From contig JBHGNT010000009.1 in the NCBI GenBank assembly GCA_043228905.1, positions 682,001 through 746,000 on the forward strand: 64,000 nt of DNA. Direction: 5' to 3'. Of the stretch, positions 12,400 through 25,741 are shown in pieces. The notes below the pieces were generated by a model. The model searched no databases. It worked only from the letters and a program-made list of their open reading frames with translations, and was not told the origin of the DNA. Positions within the stretch are counted from its first letter, which is position 1. Each line of letters begins with the position of its first letter. The DNA comes from Azolla caroliniana (taxonomy: Eukaryota > Plantae > Polypodiophyta). A program made the translations under genes and the position numbers.

Positions 12400-13700
12400 C
12401 AAAGAAAGATTTACTAATGCATCATGAAGCAAATGTAATACATCCCATTTTCCAAACTATTTATCCATATCTTACCTCTATCAAGAACCCAAAAGTTTGT
12501 TTTTTTGTATCTTCCGGATCTTTTTACTTGCTTCCGATGTGATTTTAAGAAGTCGGTGTAACAATGTCTTTTTAACTTTAAGCATGTACCCTTTCATAGC
12601 CATGTTATATTACATTTGTAGCTTCATGTAAGGAAACTTCCTAAGAAATGTATTTTGGAAATTTTATTTCCTTTCCAAGTGGACATGGGCAATTGCTTGA
12701 GAATCCAACATTTTATTTCTCCATCATTGCGCATGTTATCAAATGCATCGCAAGCCCTTTTTTTGTTCTAAGTGCTAGGTTGCATATTCATTTCATCTAC
12801 GATTGAAGAGATCAAACCCCATGATATTTAAACCCTAAACATCATCTACTTATAACAAAGCATGATAACTCTGTCTCTAATGGTAACTTTCACGATGCCT
12901 TCTTGTTCTATAAACTCGCCGATCATTTGCATTAATTGATCAATGCATAAACAAAATAGAGTTGGTGAGATTAAGCATCCTTGAATGGGGTCGATAGTGT
13001 TAGTGAATCCAGTATGTGCATGCCACATCATCTACTTATAACAAAGCATGATAACTGCGTCTCTAATGATAACTTTCACCACATCATCTACTTATAACAA
13101 AGCATGATAACTCTGTCTCTAATGGTAGCTTTCACGATGCCTTCTTGTTCTATAAACTCGCCGATCATTTGCATTAATTCTTCAATGCATAAACAAAATA
13201 GAGTTGGTGAGATTAAGCATCCTTGAATGGGATCGATAGTGTTAGTGAATCCCGTACGTGCATGCCACATCATCTACTTATAACAAAGCATGATAACTCC
13301 GTCTCTAATGGTAACTTTCACGATGCCTTGTTGTTCTATAAACTCACCGATCATTTGCATTAATTCATCAATGCATAAACAAAATAGAGTTGGTGAGATT
13401 AAGCATCCTTGAATGGGATCGATAGTGTTAGTGAATCCCATACGTGCATGCCATATCATCTTCTCATAGATTTGAGAAAATTGCAATCATATATTCCTTG
13501 TATACCATGAGTTCTTCCATAATTATTTGTATGCAAATGTTTTGAGTAGAAGGCTGCATGCCATGTTGTTTGATTGCCAATGTGTAATGATGATTTGTGG
13601 GTTTTCTTCCTTGCATGAAAGCTTTCTTACCAAGGTTCGGAAAGAAGAATATCTAGAAAGCTACATGTAGTATAGCTTCACAATCATGTGTGAGTGTAAA
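12400..13700 (-). mobile_element. Decayed RTE-like LINE RT region with an internal 186-bp tandem amplification
   Basis: QGCLISPTLFCLCID (QGCPLSPTLF-type RT motif) repeated in 13274-13459, 13088-13273 and 12846-13031, plus a 56-bp partial copy. Each unit ends in a degenerate LLYVDD. Confidence 0.8.
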
Positions 13701-16700
13701 AGAGAGAGACAAGCAATAAACAAAAGCCTAGTTTGTATAATAGGCTCAATGTTAGGAAAAACCATATTTTCCTCTCTTAGTCAAGTTCCCAATTCATACA
13801 ATTTGGGAAGCAATGTATGTTGACTAACTTACATCCATGGAAAGAGCTATTTTGTACAATGTTTATGCTAAGTTATACACAAAATAATGAGGAATCTTAT
13901 TCTAAAACATTCTAATTATAAAGTGGCATTGAACATGGATGTGGAGCTGTCGTTTTTGTAGCTTCCCTTTGTGATGCTCTTTTCTTGGTTTTTACAATCT
14001 AGATTCTAAATCACATGATAATGTGAGTGTAAGACCGAGTGCATTCATTAAGCTACCCTAAAATTACACTTAACATTGAACATTACTTATTATTGTGTGT
14101 TTGTTCATACTCCCTCTCTTGACTCTTCTCATTAAAATTTCTATTTTATTAACATTTTCAAACATATGGCTTCATGATCCCCCTTTCAACATGATTAAAA
14201 CAAGCTCAGTCATATATTATAATGTATTACATACATACGTAGTTTTTGAAGGTTGCCAACAAAAATATGTGGGGTTTAATTGGAGATATTTCTAGATATG
14301 TAGGAGTTCCATAGGCGATGTGACTATTATATGCAAATTTGACATTTTCTTGATGATAATAGAGGTGAATGCATCTTTTTACCATGAAGTTTTTTCCAAC
14401 ACTTACAAAAAGAATGTAAGCGTTTCATAAACCCATGAAAAATGCAAGGGAGCCTCTAAGTTAAGATCATGATGGTCAACTAGCAAAGTAAAATATGTGA
14501 TATGACCCCCACTATTGCAACTGAATTATGTGTCAGATAACTTACAGGTCCTTGTGGATTTTACATGGTGTAGAATAAAAGGGTTTAAAAAGACAGTTTG
14601 AAAATCTCTAATAAGGATAGCCTTTTGTTTAACAATAAGGGTGATATAATATGTATATAGAACCTCTTTTTCGGGGGGATAGACCGATAGTACCTAGGGA
14701 ACTAATAAAAGGTTGCTCAAAATGCATGTGATAAATATGTCATTGGTTTTCTATATAGAGTTGACTTTTCCTCCATTTTTATCTCTCTCATTGTCTTTCC
14801 CGTTTGTAGGGTTTGCTTAATATAAAAAATTTAGTGCAATGAATCATACGATTAGTTCAATTGAGTTGTTATTTCTAGCCCATTAAGTTTGCGACATTCG
14901 TCACATGGTGTCTTGTCATACAAACAACGTAGTAATTACACAAATGTTGTTACTTCAATTGTTTTTAGTCAAATCATATAATTAAGCCATACAACCTATT
15001 CTCTAGCCAACTTAATACCAATATATAACATAGATAAAAACTCCAAACCCCGATATAACTTATGAGTTAGTGAAGTAAATTATACAACATGAGAAATTCA
15101 TTTTGGCTTCTTACAATATCACTTCTCATTCATTTTGATGTTACTTATACATTAAGTCTGTTTACTTTCTTTATGAAAATTATTGTTTCTTTGGTTACTT
15201 TGGTTTTATGGTTACAAGTTACAACATTGCTTGTGGTTTTAAAATCCTTATCAGCTCTTGATCATGATAAACACAACAATTTGACATATTTATTTCATGC
15301 ATTCACTCCACATACTTCTCAAATATAGTGTCTATATGATTTTATGTCATTGTTGACGTGTGCTATTTGCATATTGCGTGATTAACAAACAACAATATGT
15401 TGAATGGTTGTGGATTATGGGAATATTTATGGTCCAAGTTGTAGACTTCTCCTTCATATGTTGGTTATATAGTTGCATATAGTTATTTAGTGTGGAATAA
15501 GTTGAAGCTCCCTAAGCATGGTTTGGGTTGTTCTAGATTGCCACTTTATATTTTGGTATTGCGTGTTGTAAGTGGGAGATAGTTTGTGATGGCTTTATGT
15601 AGATTGATAAATTCTTTGTGTTTTAAATGTGTGGATTACTTATGGTAGTGTTGTAAACTAGAGCTTATTTAATGTGGGTGTTGTAGCCTATTGATTGATA
15701 TGATGATATTTATCAAAGTGGTAGGTAGTAATGGATTATTTATGCAATCATATCTCAATTGTTATTACATAAATGTGATCGTTTTGTATGAGACTCAAAG
15801 AAGAGAAGTTTTTATTTTTTGGCTTAAGCTTCAAGAGAACACATTGATCACATTTTGATAGACATAATCATGGCTTTTTGTTCATCAGGTGTAGATTGCG
15901 CATTGTTTGCCATATTGTAGCCATAAATTATGGATTGCGACACTATTATTCTGTTGTTAAGTGCTCTATATTGGAACCACCTTTTTTGACTTTTTCGGCC
16001 AAGTCTCCATATTAATAACATTTGGAGGTTCATTGCACTAGTCTTCTTGACAAATTTTGGAGAAGGATTTATTGAATGGATGATTTACCAAACCTTAGAT
16101 ATTTGAAATCTAGGAAGTAATTATAAACCATTAGTTAATCCATCCAAAGTTTTGAGTTGATGACCTTGAGATTCTCCATGATTATATCTACCACCTGTGG
16201 GGATCTAATGCCTATTGTATGTCTCTGGGCAAAGTTAGCTTTTGGAAAATATTCCAATATACCCCTTGAGTTTACCACGATTTCGCCAAATACCTTTTGG
16301 TTTTCCATTATTTTTCCGTAAGCCCATATGCTCATGTTATTCCAAATTTGCATATTTGGATATTTGTGCATCCGCTTATAACGAAATGGAGTGCATCACA
16401 TTCAAAACAGAAAGCAGCATTATCTGATGAGTGTCACATTTATCTCATATAAATTAATCTAAATAATTCCTACCCCCTATCTCTTTCTTTCATATAATCC
16501 CACATCTTATAATCATAGAGAATGACCTCTAATACATGCTCGTTAAACTTGCATACTTGATCATTACCTCAATATGAATGTCACAATTGCAATTATGAAA
16601 AATATGTATTGACACAAAACCATGGTCCATAACCATTTGATTTGAGAGCATGGAATATTAATTTCCTGATTGTTTTTCATATCTATTTGGGCAACATTTA

Positions 16701-16735
16701 TATCTCAGACCTTATCTTGCAACTTAACATCCCAT

Positions 16736-16985
16736 GGGTGCTGCCATGGGAAGTGAGTGGAGGACGTCTATGCCGAATTCAGGTTGTATGAGGTCACATG
16801 GAGAGTATGTGTTCGGGTAATGCTATGCTCATCGAATGATGTGGTGTTTTGGAGTTGTTTTTGTTGTTTCCTCTACACATATTGTTTTCTTTTGACATGT
16901 AAGGTGGCCTGTAATATATGAGTTGTATATTATCCTATGTACATTGCCTTAATTAATGGAAGTAGTTTTTTTTGGAAGAAAAAAA
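16736..16985 (+). mobile_element. Short retroposed insertion (LINE 3' end or SINE) with A-tail and 10-bp TSD
   Basis: AACATCCCAT at 16726-16735 and 16986-16995. The insert ends ...taatggaagtagttttttttggaagaaaaaaa. Confidence 0.8.
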
Positions 16986-19279
16986 AACATCCCATCATTA
17001 AATTTACATAGACCTTCTCTATGGGCCATTAATGAATTACTAGAAATGATGGAGGCCAATTGGATATGATGTTAGGCAAAGAATTCAAATATTTGTTAAG
17101 AAATAACAAAAAACGTAAAAATGAAATATTTTTTAGGTTAATAAATTCTGATTTCATGGCCCTCCGCCTAATATTTGTTTATCTTTGAAGTTTCAACGGT
17201 ATTGTGCAAGTTCCCCTGCCCTCTTATTAAATATTATTTCTATGGGCACATGTTTCCCTCTCAAATTTCAACATGATTTTTGAAATTGCCAAACATTCCC
17301 ATCTTTCCTCCATACATTTATTGTCAAAGTTTCCATATATTGAGTCGATTACAATCTTTAAGGAATATCTATGTTTGATACACAAAAGTTTCCAAAACAA
17401 ACCTTTGGAAATGGTGACCTTTTTATTTTGTGAGCATGAACAACAAGATGATATTAGAATATGTAAAATCGGGAATATGATTGAAAAATGTCATGCCTAC
17501 ATGTTTAGCTAGAGAAGCTATCCCTCATTGGACTTGACCTTGTCTACCGTTTGTGTGGTTCAAATCCAAATCAAGATAGAAGCTTCTTATTACATCAAAA
17601 GTTAGTGACCGACAACAACAAAAAACTTTACCCGAGTCTCCCTAGTTTCTCGTGGACCATGTCTATATTATTCTTTATGCCAATATATCTTCCCTATGAG
17701 TGACACACTTTTACACTTTCTTCTTGTTTTGCTTTGGTTCCTTCTGCAACTTCTTGGGCGTCTATCATGACTTGGACATGTAATAAACATGGTGTTCCAC
17801 AAGTTACGTCTTCATTCACATTGTTAACAAACTTATCGTTCTTATTGACTTTCCTATTAATAGTTCAATCAAAATATCTACCAAGAATAGGGAGGGATGC
17901 TATTGGCTTTCCCTAGATATATATGTTTTTGTGTGAAGGGCATGTTGATCCAAAATGCACATGCCTTGGGTAGAATTCTAATAGGTTTTTATTTTTGGGT
18001 TGGGTGAGGAACAAATATAAAAGAGTTTTAACCTCTATCCCACATCAACAACACTTTTTGTCATTTCCAATATTGTTGGCCAATCCATGAATCATTGAAT
18101 CAAATGCACAATTTGAGTTCACTAATTTTTAGGGCATACCGCAATCACTATTTTCTTGGTCCCAATTAATTCTCCATTTCTTTTTGAGTTGAGCATATGT
18201 CCAAGTAGGTGCGGGTAGCATATATGATTTTGTTGTGTGTCCTCTTGGTATAGCAATGATAAGCTTTAAAGGGCAAGGAACCTCTAACATTTATAAATGA
18301 AGGAATATCATCCTTCCATGTTGAATTTGAGTTCTAATGACTTCTTAGTCCATTGCTTCATTGAATCTCATCTAGTCCTTTTTGGATCATGGGATTGTGA
18401 TTCCATAGATTCCCCCCAAATTTGTGAATTCTATGTAGTTCATTTGAAGTTCGGAGCTTGTTTACTATTGCTTTATAACTTTTGCTTCAACAAAAGCAAA
18501 GAGGCCAAATAGAGTTATTGTCATAAAGCACAACTCTTTCTAATGTCTGGTCACAAATTAACAAACAATATGGAAGATAAGATATTAATATTAAGGATTT
18601 AGAACCATTGTGTTCAGTTACCTTCCTAAATTTAGCGACAACCTAACTTCATCTTTATTTTTGTAGTCACATTGAAGGTCATATGTATCTTAAAAGTCTA
18701 AAGATGTTTCCTTTAGGACGTAACCTTGTTTTCTTTCTTACTCTAGCTACCTAAACACATGCACTTCACTCTCTCCCTATATTGGTTCCTTATATAGGAG
18801 ATTTTATTGTTGTACTTTTGGGGTGATTGCAATTATTAACTTTGAGGATTGGCTTAGTGTTTGACTCATTCGAATTTGGTACATATATTGATGAAACAAG
18901 ATTAAGAAAATATAACTAAAACAAATGAGTGTTATTATTTGTATAATTTGCATAATAATATAAGTAAGATCTAGAATAGGGCACATGAAGCATTTACTAG
19001 GGATATACTTTTATATTGCTCTTTTATTAAAACATAAAGAAGAATGTTAAATTTGTTAAATAAAATTGTATATTCTTTTATGGAAGCTTAAATGGCTGAC
19101 ACATTTTTAGGACCAAAACATGCCAAGACCCTCTAAACATTCCCCCAAAGAAGTTTTGCAAAACACTCAATACTAGTACCAACTTACTCCTTGAAGAGTT
19201 TGTGTGAGGGTTCATCTTGTCATATTCTTCAACCCTCTTCCGTTTTTCGACATCAACATTCTCATTGTCTGTTTCTCCC

Positions 19280-19670
19280 TTTTGAGAATCAAGCTCAACA
19301 TAGTCTAGTGTGTGAACACACCTTTCGGAATCTATGAGCACTCAAAGGTCAAAAGTCACCACTACTCTCTACACATTAACTATATGTCATAGAATCATAT
19401 TTTATGACACATAACTAATGAGTTCCATATTACCCATGGCTAATGAGTCTTCACATTTCCCAATGTTCTAGAGAGAGAGTGAGCATTATAGTGAGTTAAT
19501 GAAGCGAGAGGGTGACCCTATATAAAGCACCCTCCTCCTACTTCATAAAGAGTTAGTTATCCTCTCTTGTGATGTTACATTTTTGTACTTGATATTCTCC
19601 TTATTAATATACATCTGAGCAATTCGTTTCTCTTATCTATCTTGTGTTTCTATCCTCTCCTCCCCTTTTT

Positions 19671-19707
<37 letters not shown>

Positions 19708-19751
19708 CACACATCTCTTCTGCTACACAGAATCATATCTGATTCTTTACA
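19280..19751 (+). repeat. 5' LTR of the copia element
   Basis: Aligns with 25287-25741 and ends CA immediately before the PBS. Confidence 0.92.
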
Positions 19752-20332
19752 TGGTATTAGAGTGATTTGGTAGCTCGAATCTAGCCCATCCGCATGTGTT
19801 GTCTCCTACGCTGACACTCAAGAAGAATCGGCTCATCACTATTGTAGTGTCACTACATAGCTCATGTTCGAGAGATAAGGAAAAGAAGAAAGAAAACTAC
19901 GTTGACATAATGTATACTCAAATGGGGAGCTCTCTCCCTAGCGAGAAGTTGGACAGAAACAACTTTGCATCTTGGGAGTATAAGATGCACCAATATCTTG
20001 TCGACCAAGGCTATTGGGGCTACATTCAAGGAGCACAAGAAAACAAAACCGGCCCAAAGTACGACGACTGCACAACATGGGAGTAAGCGGCAAGTCAAGT
20101 AATGTATTGCTTAGCAACATGTGTCCATGACCACATGCTCGGCTACATTCGAGAAGCCAAGACACCGAAGGAAGCATGGGAGAATCTAAGGAATATTTTC
20201 GCAGCCAACACAACTGCAAGAAAGCTTTAACTCCGCCAAGAGTTTAACAACATCCAACAAAGGGACATGTCCATCACAAACTATACACCCTAAAGATCAA
20301 GGAACTTTGTGACTCGCTCGGCTTAATAAACA

Positions 20333-20966
20333 TTGTCATGTGGTTTTTCACACACGATATGAAAACTAGTAAAATAATTATGTAAGATTAGCTTAATGGA
20401 TTGATATGGAAAGATAGATGTCTTCAAGAGCTTCATAACGCATTTTACTACACATGAAACGAATAAACAAGTATCAAGTTATGTGAGTGTGAAGTTTGAG
20501 AAGATTGGGAAAAACAAAAGTGTGAGATATCCCACATAGATAGGACAACATCAGGATCCCACATTATATATTGAGAGCCAAAACTCATTACTTAACATCT
20601 ATGTGTTAAGAGCATAGAAGGAATTATTGAACTTGGGCTACACAATCTAGATGGATTGATGTGGCTTAACTACATGCAACCCTTTTGTGCTCTTAACACA
20701 TAGATATAAACTAATGGTTCTCGATCTACTTATATAGTGCTAGATCCAAAAGTTTCCTATCTATATGGGATATTTCACAATTCTATTTTCCTTATCTTCT
20801 AAAACTTCATATTAATATAACTTGATATGTAGTTGTACATTTTATATGTAGTAAAATGCATTTTGAAGCTCTTGAAGATGTCCATCTTTTTATACTAAGA
20901 CATTAATTTAATCTAAAATAATTATTTCACTATTTTTCATATCGTGTGTAAAGAAACACACGACAA
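20333..20966. mobile_element. Non-autonomous foldback/MITE-like element (~630-bp imperfect palindrome) inserted in copia gag
   Basis: The ends TTGTCATGTGGTTTTTCACACACGATATGAAAA and TTTTCATATCGTGTGTAAAGAAACACACGACAA are inverted. Internal arms also pair (ATCTATGTGTTAAGAGCA / TGCTCTTAACACATAGAT). Gag resumes after it (VEDDEMV). Confidence 0.85.
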
Positions 20967-23899
20967 CTACGTGGAGGATGATGAGATGGTGCAAAAATGC
21001 CTAGGCAGCTTAGCACCACGGTTTGGCGCGATGAGAACCACCGTCCTAGCAAGGGATAATCCTCCCTCTTTCTTTGATCTTCAATCAATGTTGTTGGTTG
21101 AGGAAAACCATGTTCGAACAAGGAGCAACGCCTCGGAAGGCCACATGCTCTACACACACTTGGATGGAGGAAGAGGACGCGGCCAAGCCAAAAGATGTCG
21201 ATTCGGCCACGGATGGGGTGGAAGAGGCCCGATCTATTAAAATAACTCTCAATTTCGGCAAGAAAACAGAAACAATAGAGGAAGGTTCAGAAGAAGGGGG
21301 AGCTTCCATGTCGGTTCAAGCCGACAAAACTCAATCGAATGCGGATATTACGGCAAAATCGGCCACCACGAAGAAGAGTGTCGAAAGAAGAAGCGTGAGT
21401 CAACATCCACAAGCCGACAACTCACCAATTACGCCACCACCTTCGACTATGACAACCATGGCAAAATGTTCATGATGAGACATAAAGGCAATTCTTTGTC
21501 AGCATGTACTTCGTCTAGCGCATCCGGTTTGGAAGATGTATGGTTCGTCGACTTCGATGCATCGAACCATATGACATCTCATCAAGAATGGTTATGAGAC
21601 CTTCGAGAGCCGGATTGACCCAGCTATGTCGAGACCGGAGATGATACCACTCATCCTTGTCCCATTCGGGGAAGAAGGCGAGCAAACTTGCATAAAAAAT
21701 ATCTTGCATGTATTGACCATAATGAAGAATATGATCTTAGTTAGCCAAATTGTTCAGCAAAGCATGCAAGTTAGATTCAACCAATGTGGGTGTTTCATTG
21801 AGAAGGAAGGCCGACTCATCACTCGTGGTCGAAGGGAATGTCGAATGTTTATCCTCGAGCCGAACGAGATAAAATCGGTTATGTTTGCAAAGGGCCTCAA
21901 AACCGACACAGACATAGAGTTGTCGCACAAGAGAATTGGCCACATCAATCTCAATAAACTCAAGGCAATGCAATCAAAAGGAATCATCATTGGGCTCCCA
22001 ACCTTCAAAGAGAAAGAGATTGAAGGCGTATTGTGTAGCCTGCCAATTCGGCAAGCAACACCGACATCTGATCCCGAAAGAGAGGAACGTGAGCAAAGGC
22101 ATATTGGATGTAATTCATTCTGACATATGGGGACCAACTCAGACGGCTACATGCGGCGAATGCTGATATTACGTGACCTTTATTGATGACTTCTCTAGGC
22201 ACACCTAGATCTTCACCATGAGGCAAAAGAGTGAAGAGTTTGCACACTTCCAAAAATTCAAAAGTGGAGTCGAAAAGGAAACAGGTCAGCATGTACGATG
22301 TCTTCGGTCAGATAGAGGCAAGGAATACTTCTCCGCTGCATTCACAACATACTTTCAACAAGAAGGAATCAAGCGAGAATGTTCTTGTCGACATACACCA
22401 CAATAGAACGAAGTAGCGAAACAAAAGAATTGACACATCCTCAAAGTAGGGTGGGCCATGCTGAAGAAAAGCACATGCCGAAGTCTTATTGGGTCGAAGC
22501 AACATGCACAACCGTCTATGTAATGAACTAATGTACGACATCCGACAAGCACGAACTTACCCCTCACAAGAAGTACTATGGAAAGATACGAGATCTATCC
22601 CATGTAAGGATATTCGGTTCACTTGCATATGTGCACATACCCGACAAAAATCAGCACATAAATACTAAGTCAGAGAAATGAATCCTCGTAGGATATTCAC
22701 TGGAGCAAAATGGGTACAAATGCTTCAACCCCTTTATTCGCAAGGTTCGTGTAAGTCTAGACATCGTCTTTGACGAATCTACATCTTAGTACGAACCCAA
22801 GCCGACTCCTCCTGAACCACCTACGAACGACCTTGACAACACATAAGACAATGATCAACTAAGGTCAATACCCGAGGAGAGTCCGATCTCAACCAGATTG
22901 AGCGAACCACAAGAGCCTCTAGGCACCCAAAGCACATCTCGACCAAGAATGAAGATGGACAAAGGCAAGGCCAAAATGCCGGATTATGAAGACGATCAAT
23001 CTGACGACAATGAATTGACTCACTTGCTCAACAACGAGCTCAGTGGCTTTGATGTAACTATCATGAAGACACCTGGTGTAAAGAAAGCCATTATCATAAC
23101 AAATGAGAAATTTCGTCGCTCCATCCGAGAGAAGAATTCGGTTAGCCGATTCGATACAACAACTATATGACATATCACTATGCCTTTATGATGAAGGTGA
23201 CAATAGTTCGTGAATCGGAAAAAAATTCTGAGGCAGCCAAGGATCCACGATAGGTCAAAGCAATGAATGAGGAGATGCGGGCCCTATGCAAGAACGAGAC
23301 ATGGGATCCCGTTCCCCACTCACCACACAAAAAGGAGATCGTGTACAGATGGATTTACAAACTGAAGTATAATGTTGATGGCTCATCAATCGCTACAAAG
23401 CCCGACTTGTAGCAAAAGGATTCACACAAACACATGGAGTCAACTATGAAGAGACCTTTGCCCTAGTGGCAAATATGACGACTGTGTGGACCATGATTGC
23501 AATTGCAATGGCGAAAGGGTGCCACCTCCATTAGATGGACGTCAAGCACACCTTCCTCTAAGGCGAATTAGAAGAGGAGGTGTACATGGTCCAACCACCC
23601 GGCTTCGAATCTAGCAATCATCTGAAAGCAGTCTGCCGACTAAAGAAACCGCTCTACGGCCTTAAGCAAGCACCACGTGCTTGGCATTAGAGGATACCAC
23701 AATATCTTCATCGAATCGACTTTAGAATGTCAAAATCCCATAACTCCCTCTACGTAAGAAACAATTTTGGAAGCCTGATTGTCATCATCCTATACATGGA
23801 TGATCTGGTCATTGGAGGTGAGCATCTAGTCGACATCAACAAGGTAAAGTCCCTCCTCTCCGGAAAATTCGAGATGATGGACATGAAGGAGCTCCATTA

Positions 23900-24539
23900 T
23901 GAAGGGAATTTGCTCCCTTTTATTTGTGAGAAAGGGTCGATTGTGTGATCAACAATATTGTGGAAAGTCTGAAAACACAAGAGATATACAGTTTTACGTG
24001 GAAACCCTAAATGGGGAAAACCACGGGAAAATAGAGATTCCACTATACACAAAAGAATACAAGATGAACTCATAATACAACACTCTCCACACAGAGTGTA
24101 TCAGCCACATAGGGCTCTTGATGTCAAATCTCACTCGGCTATGGCGCCGCTCTCTCTCTCACTCATACAATCTCGCCACCTTGATCACTTACACCAACAG
24201 AGGATCACATACTATTCTGTTCTACTCCACTCCCAACATTTTGTTAGCCCTAAGTGAATTTATACTTATTATATGGGCTATTTACAAATGTAGTCATTGC
24301 TATTGTCATTCCTATTATAAGAATAATAATTATTCAACCAATTGATCGACTAGTCGACTGTCCACTCGGCCCAACTAGTTGGCCTTATCTTCAACCATCC
24401 AGTCCGCCCGACTAGTTGGTCGTGTCTTGGACTTGGACTCTCCTACTATTGACTCCCCCGGTCGACTCTCCATGTCTTCAACTGTCGGCACTCAGCCCGA
24501 CCAGTCGGTTGCTCCCATAGGAGGGACATATTCCTAACA
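23900..24539 (-). mobile_element. Solo LTR (copia-type) nested in the host copia RT
   Basis: TG...CA ends with 5-bp TSD CATTA (23895-99 and 24540-44). Removing it restores host RT ELHYFL.IEV. Confidence 0.9.
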
Positions 24540-24742
24540 CATTACTTCCTTGACATCGAGGTAATCCAAACTCCAGTCGGCATTATGATTTCCCAACAAC
24601 ACTACATCCTCCCTACATCCTTAACTTGTTATACAAGTTCGGGATGACTGAGTATAAGTTTGTGGCAACCCCTCTTGATCAAACAAGGGTGCAAATGTAA
24701 CTGCATGTCAAGTCGTCTAGCTGAAGAGAATCTTGAAGGATT

Positions 24743-25090
24743 TGGGTGTTCCTATCAAGGATTCGACTTCCTTTTATTGCGACAACATGAGCAATATTCA
24801 TATGCTCGAGACTGGGTGTTCCATGCACACACGAAGCGTATTGAAGTGCACTATCACTTCATTTGAGAGTGCATTCAGGCTAGAGATGTCGACCTTCAAC
24901 ACAGCAACACGAATCTGGGCATTCCCATCAAGGATCCAACTCCCCTTTACTTTGACAACATGAGCAATATTCATCTGGCTCGAAACCCGGTGTTCCACGC
25001 ACACACGAAGCATATCGAAGTGCACTATCACTTCATTTGAGAGCGTGTTCAGGTTGGAGATGTCAACCTTCAACACATCAACACAAATCT
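24743..25090 (+). repeat. ~173-bp tandem duplication of the copia RNase H segment
   Basis: gacaacatgagcaatattcat...gaagtgcactatcacttcatttgagag starts at 24781 and at 24954. Confidence 0.85.
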
Positions 25091-25286
25091 TTAGACAATT
25101 GACATCTTCACCAAAGCCCTAGGAGACGACAAGCTTCAATAATTCATGTCAAACCTTGGATTGACGATCCCTAACTTGCTAAGCTCGAGGGGGAGTACAA
25201 GAGAGAACTGATATCATCCGAACCGGATACCAACCGAAGCGGACATCAACTGAAAGAAGCCGACCCAAGTTGAGCTTGAGGGTGTG

Positions 25287-25741
25287 TGTTAAGAAACAAG
25301 CTCAACATAGTCTAATATGTGAATACACCTTTGAGAATCTATGAGCACTCAAAGGTCAAAAGTCACCACTACTCTCTACGCATTAACTATGTGTCATAGA
25401 ATCATATTCTATGACACATAACTAATGAGTTCCATATTCCCCATGACTAATGAGTCTCCACATTCCCCAACGTTCTAGAGAGAGAGTGAGCGTTATAGTG
25501 AGTTAATGAAGCGAGAGGGTGACCTTATATAAAGCACTCTCCTCCTACTTCATAAAGAGTCGGTTATCCTCCCTTGTAATGCTACATTTTTGTACTGATA
25601 TTCTCCTTGTTAATATACATCTTGAGTAATTCATTTCTCCTATCTATCTTGTGTTTCTCTCCTCTCTTCTCCTTTTTTCACAAACACAAACACATAACAG
25701 ATATCTCTTCCGCTGCATAGAATCATATTCGATTCTTTACA
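25287..25741 (+). repeat. 3' LTR of the copia element
   Basis: TGTT...TACA, preceded by a purine-rich tract and followed by TSD CTCCC. Confidence 0.92.

Larger units (their letters stand above)
19280..25741 (+). mobile_element. Full-length, inactivated Ty1/copia LTR retrotransposon
   Basis: LTRs at 19280-19751 and 25287-25741; TSD CTCCC (19275-79 and 25742-46); PBS TGGTATTAGAG (tRNA-Met-like) at 19752. Gag KLDRNNFASWEYKM; GAG-pre-integrase HKRIGHIN; integrase CxxC..IHSDIWGP and LRSDRGKEY; RT LYMDD; RNase H. Many stops and frameshifts. Confidence 0.95.

Noticed and set aside
12846-13486. Three near-identical 61-70 aa ORFs as a small-peptide gene cluster
   Set aside because: They are tandem copies of a LINE RT fragment (QG..SPTLF motif) with the YxDD motif broken.
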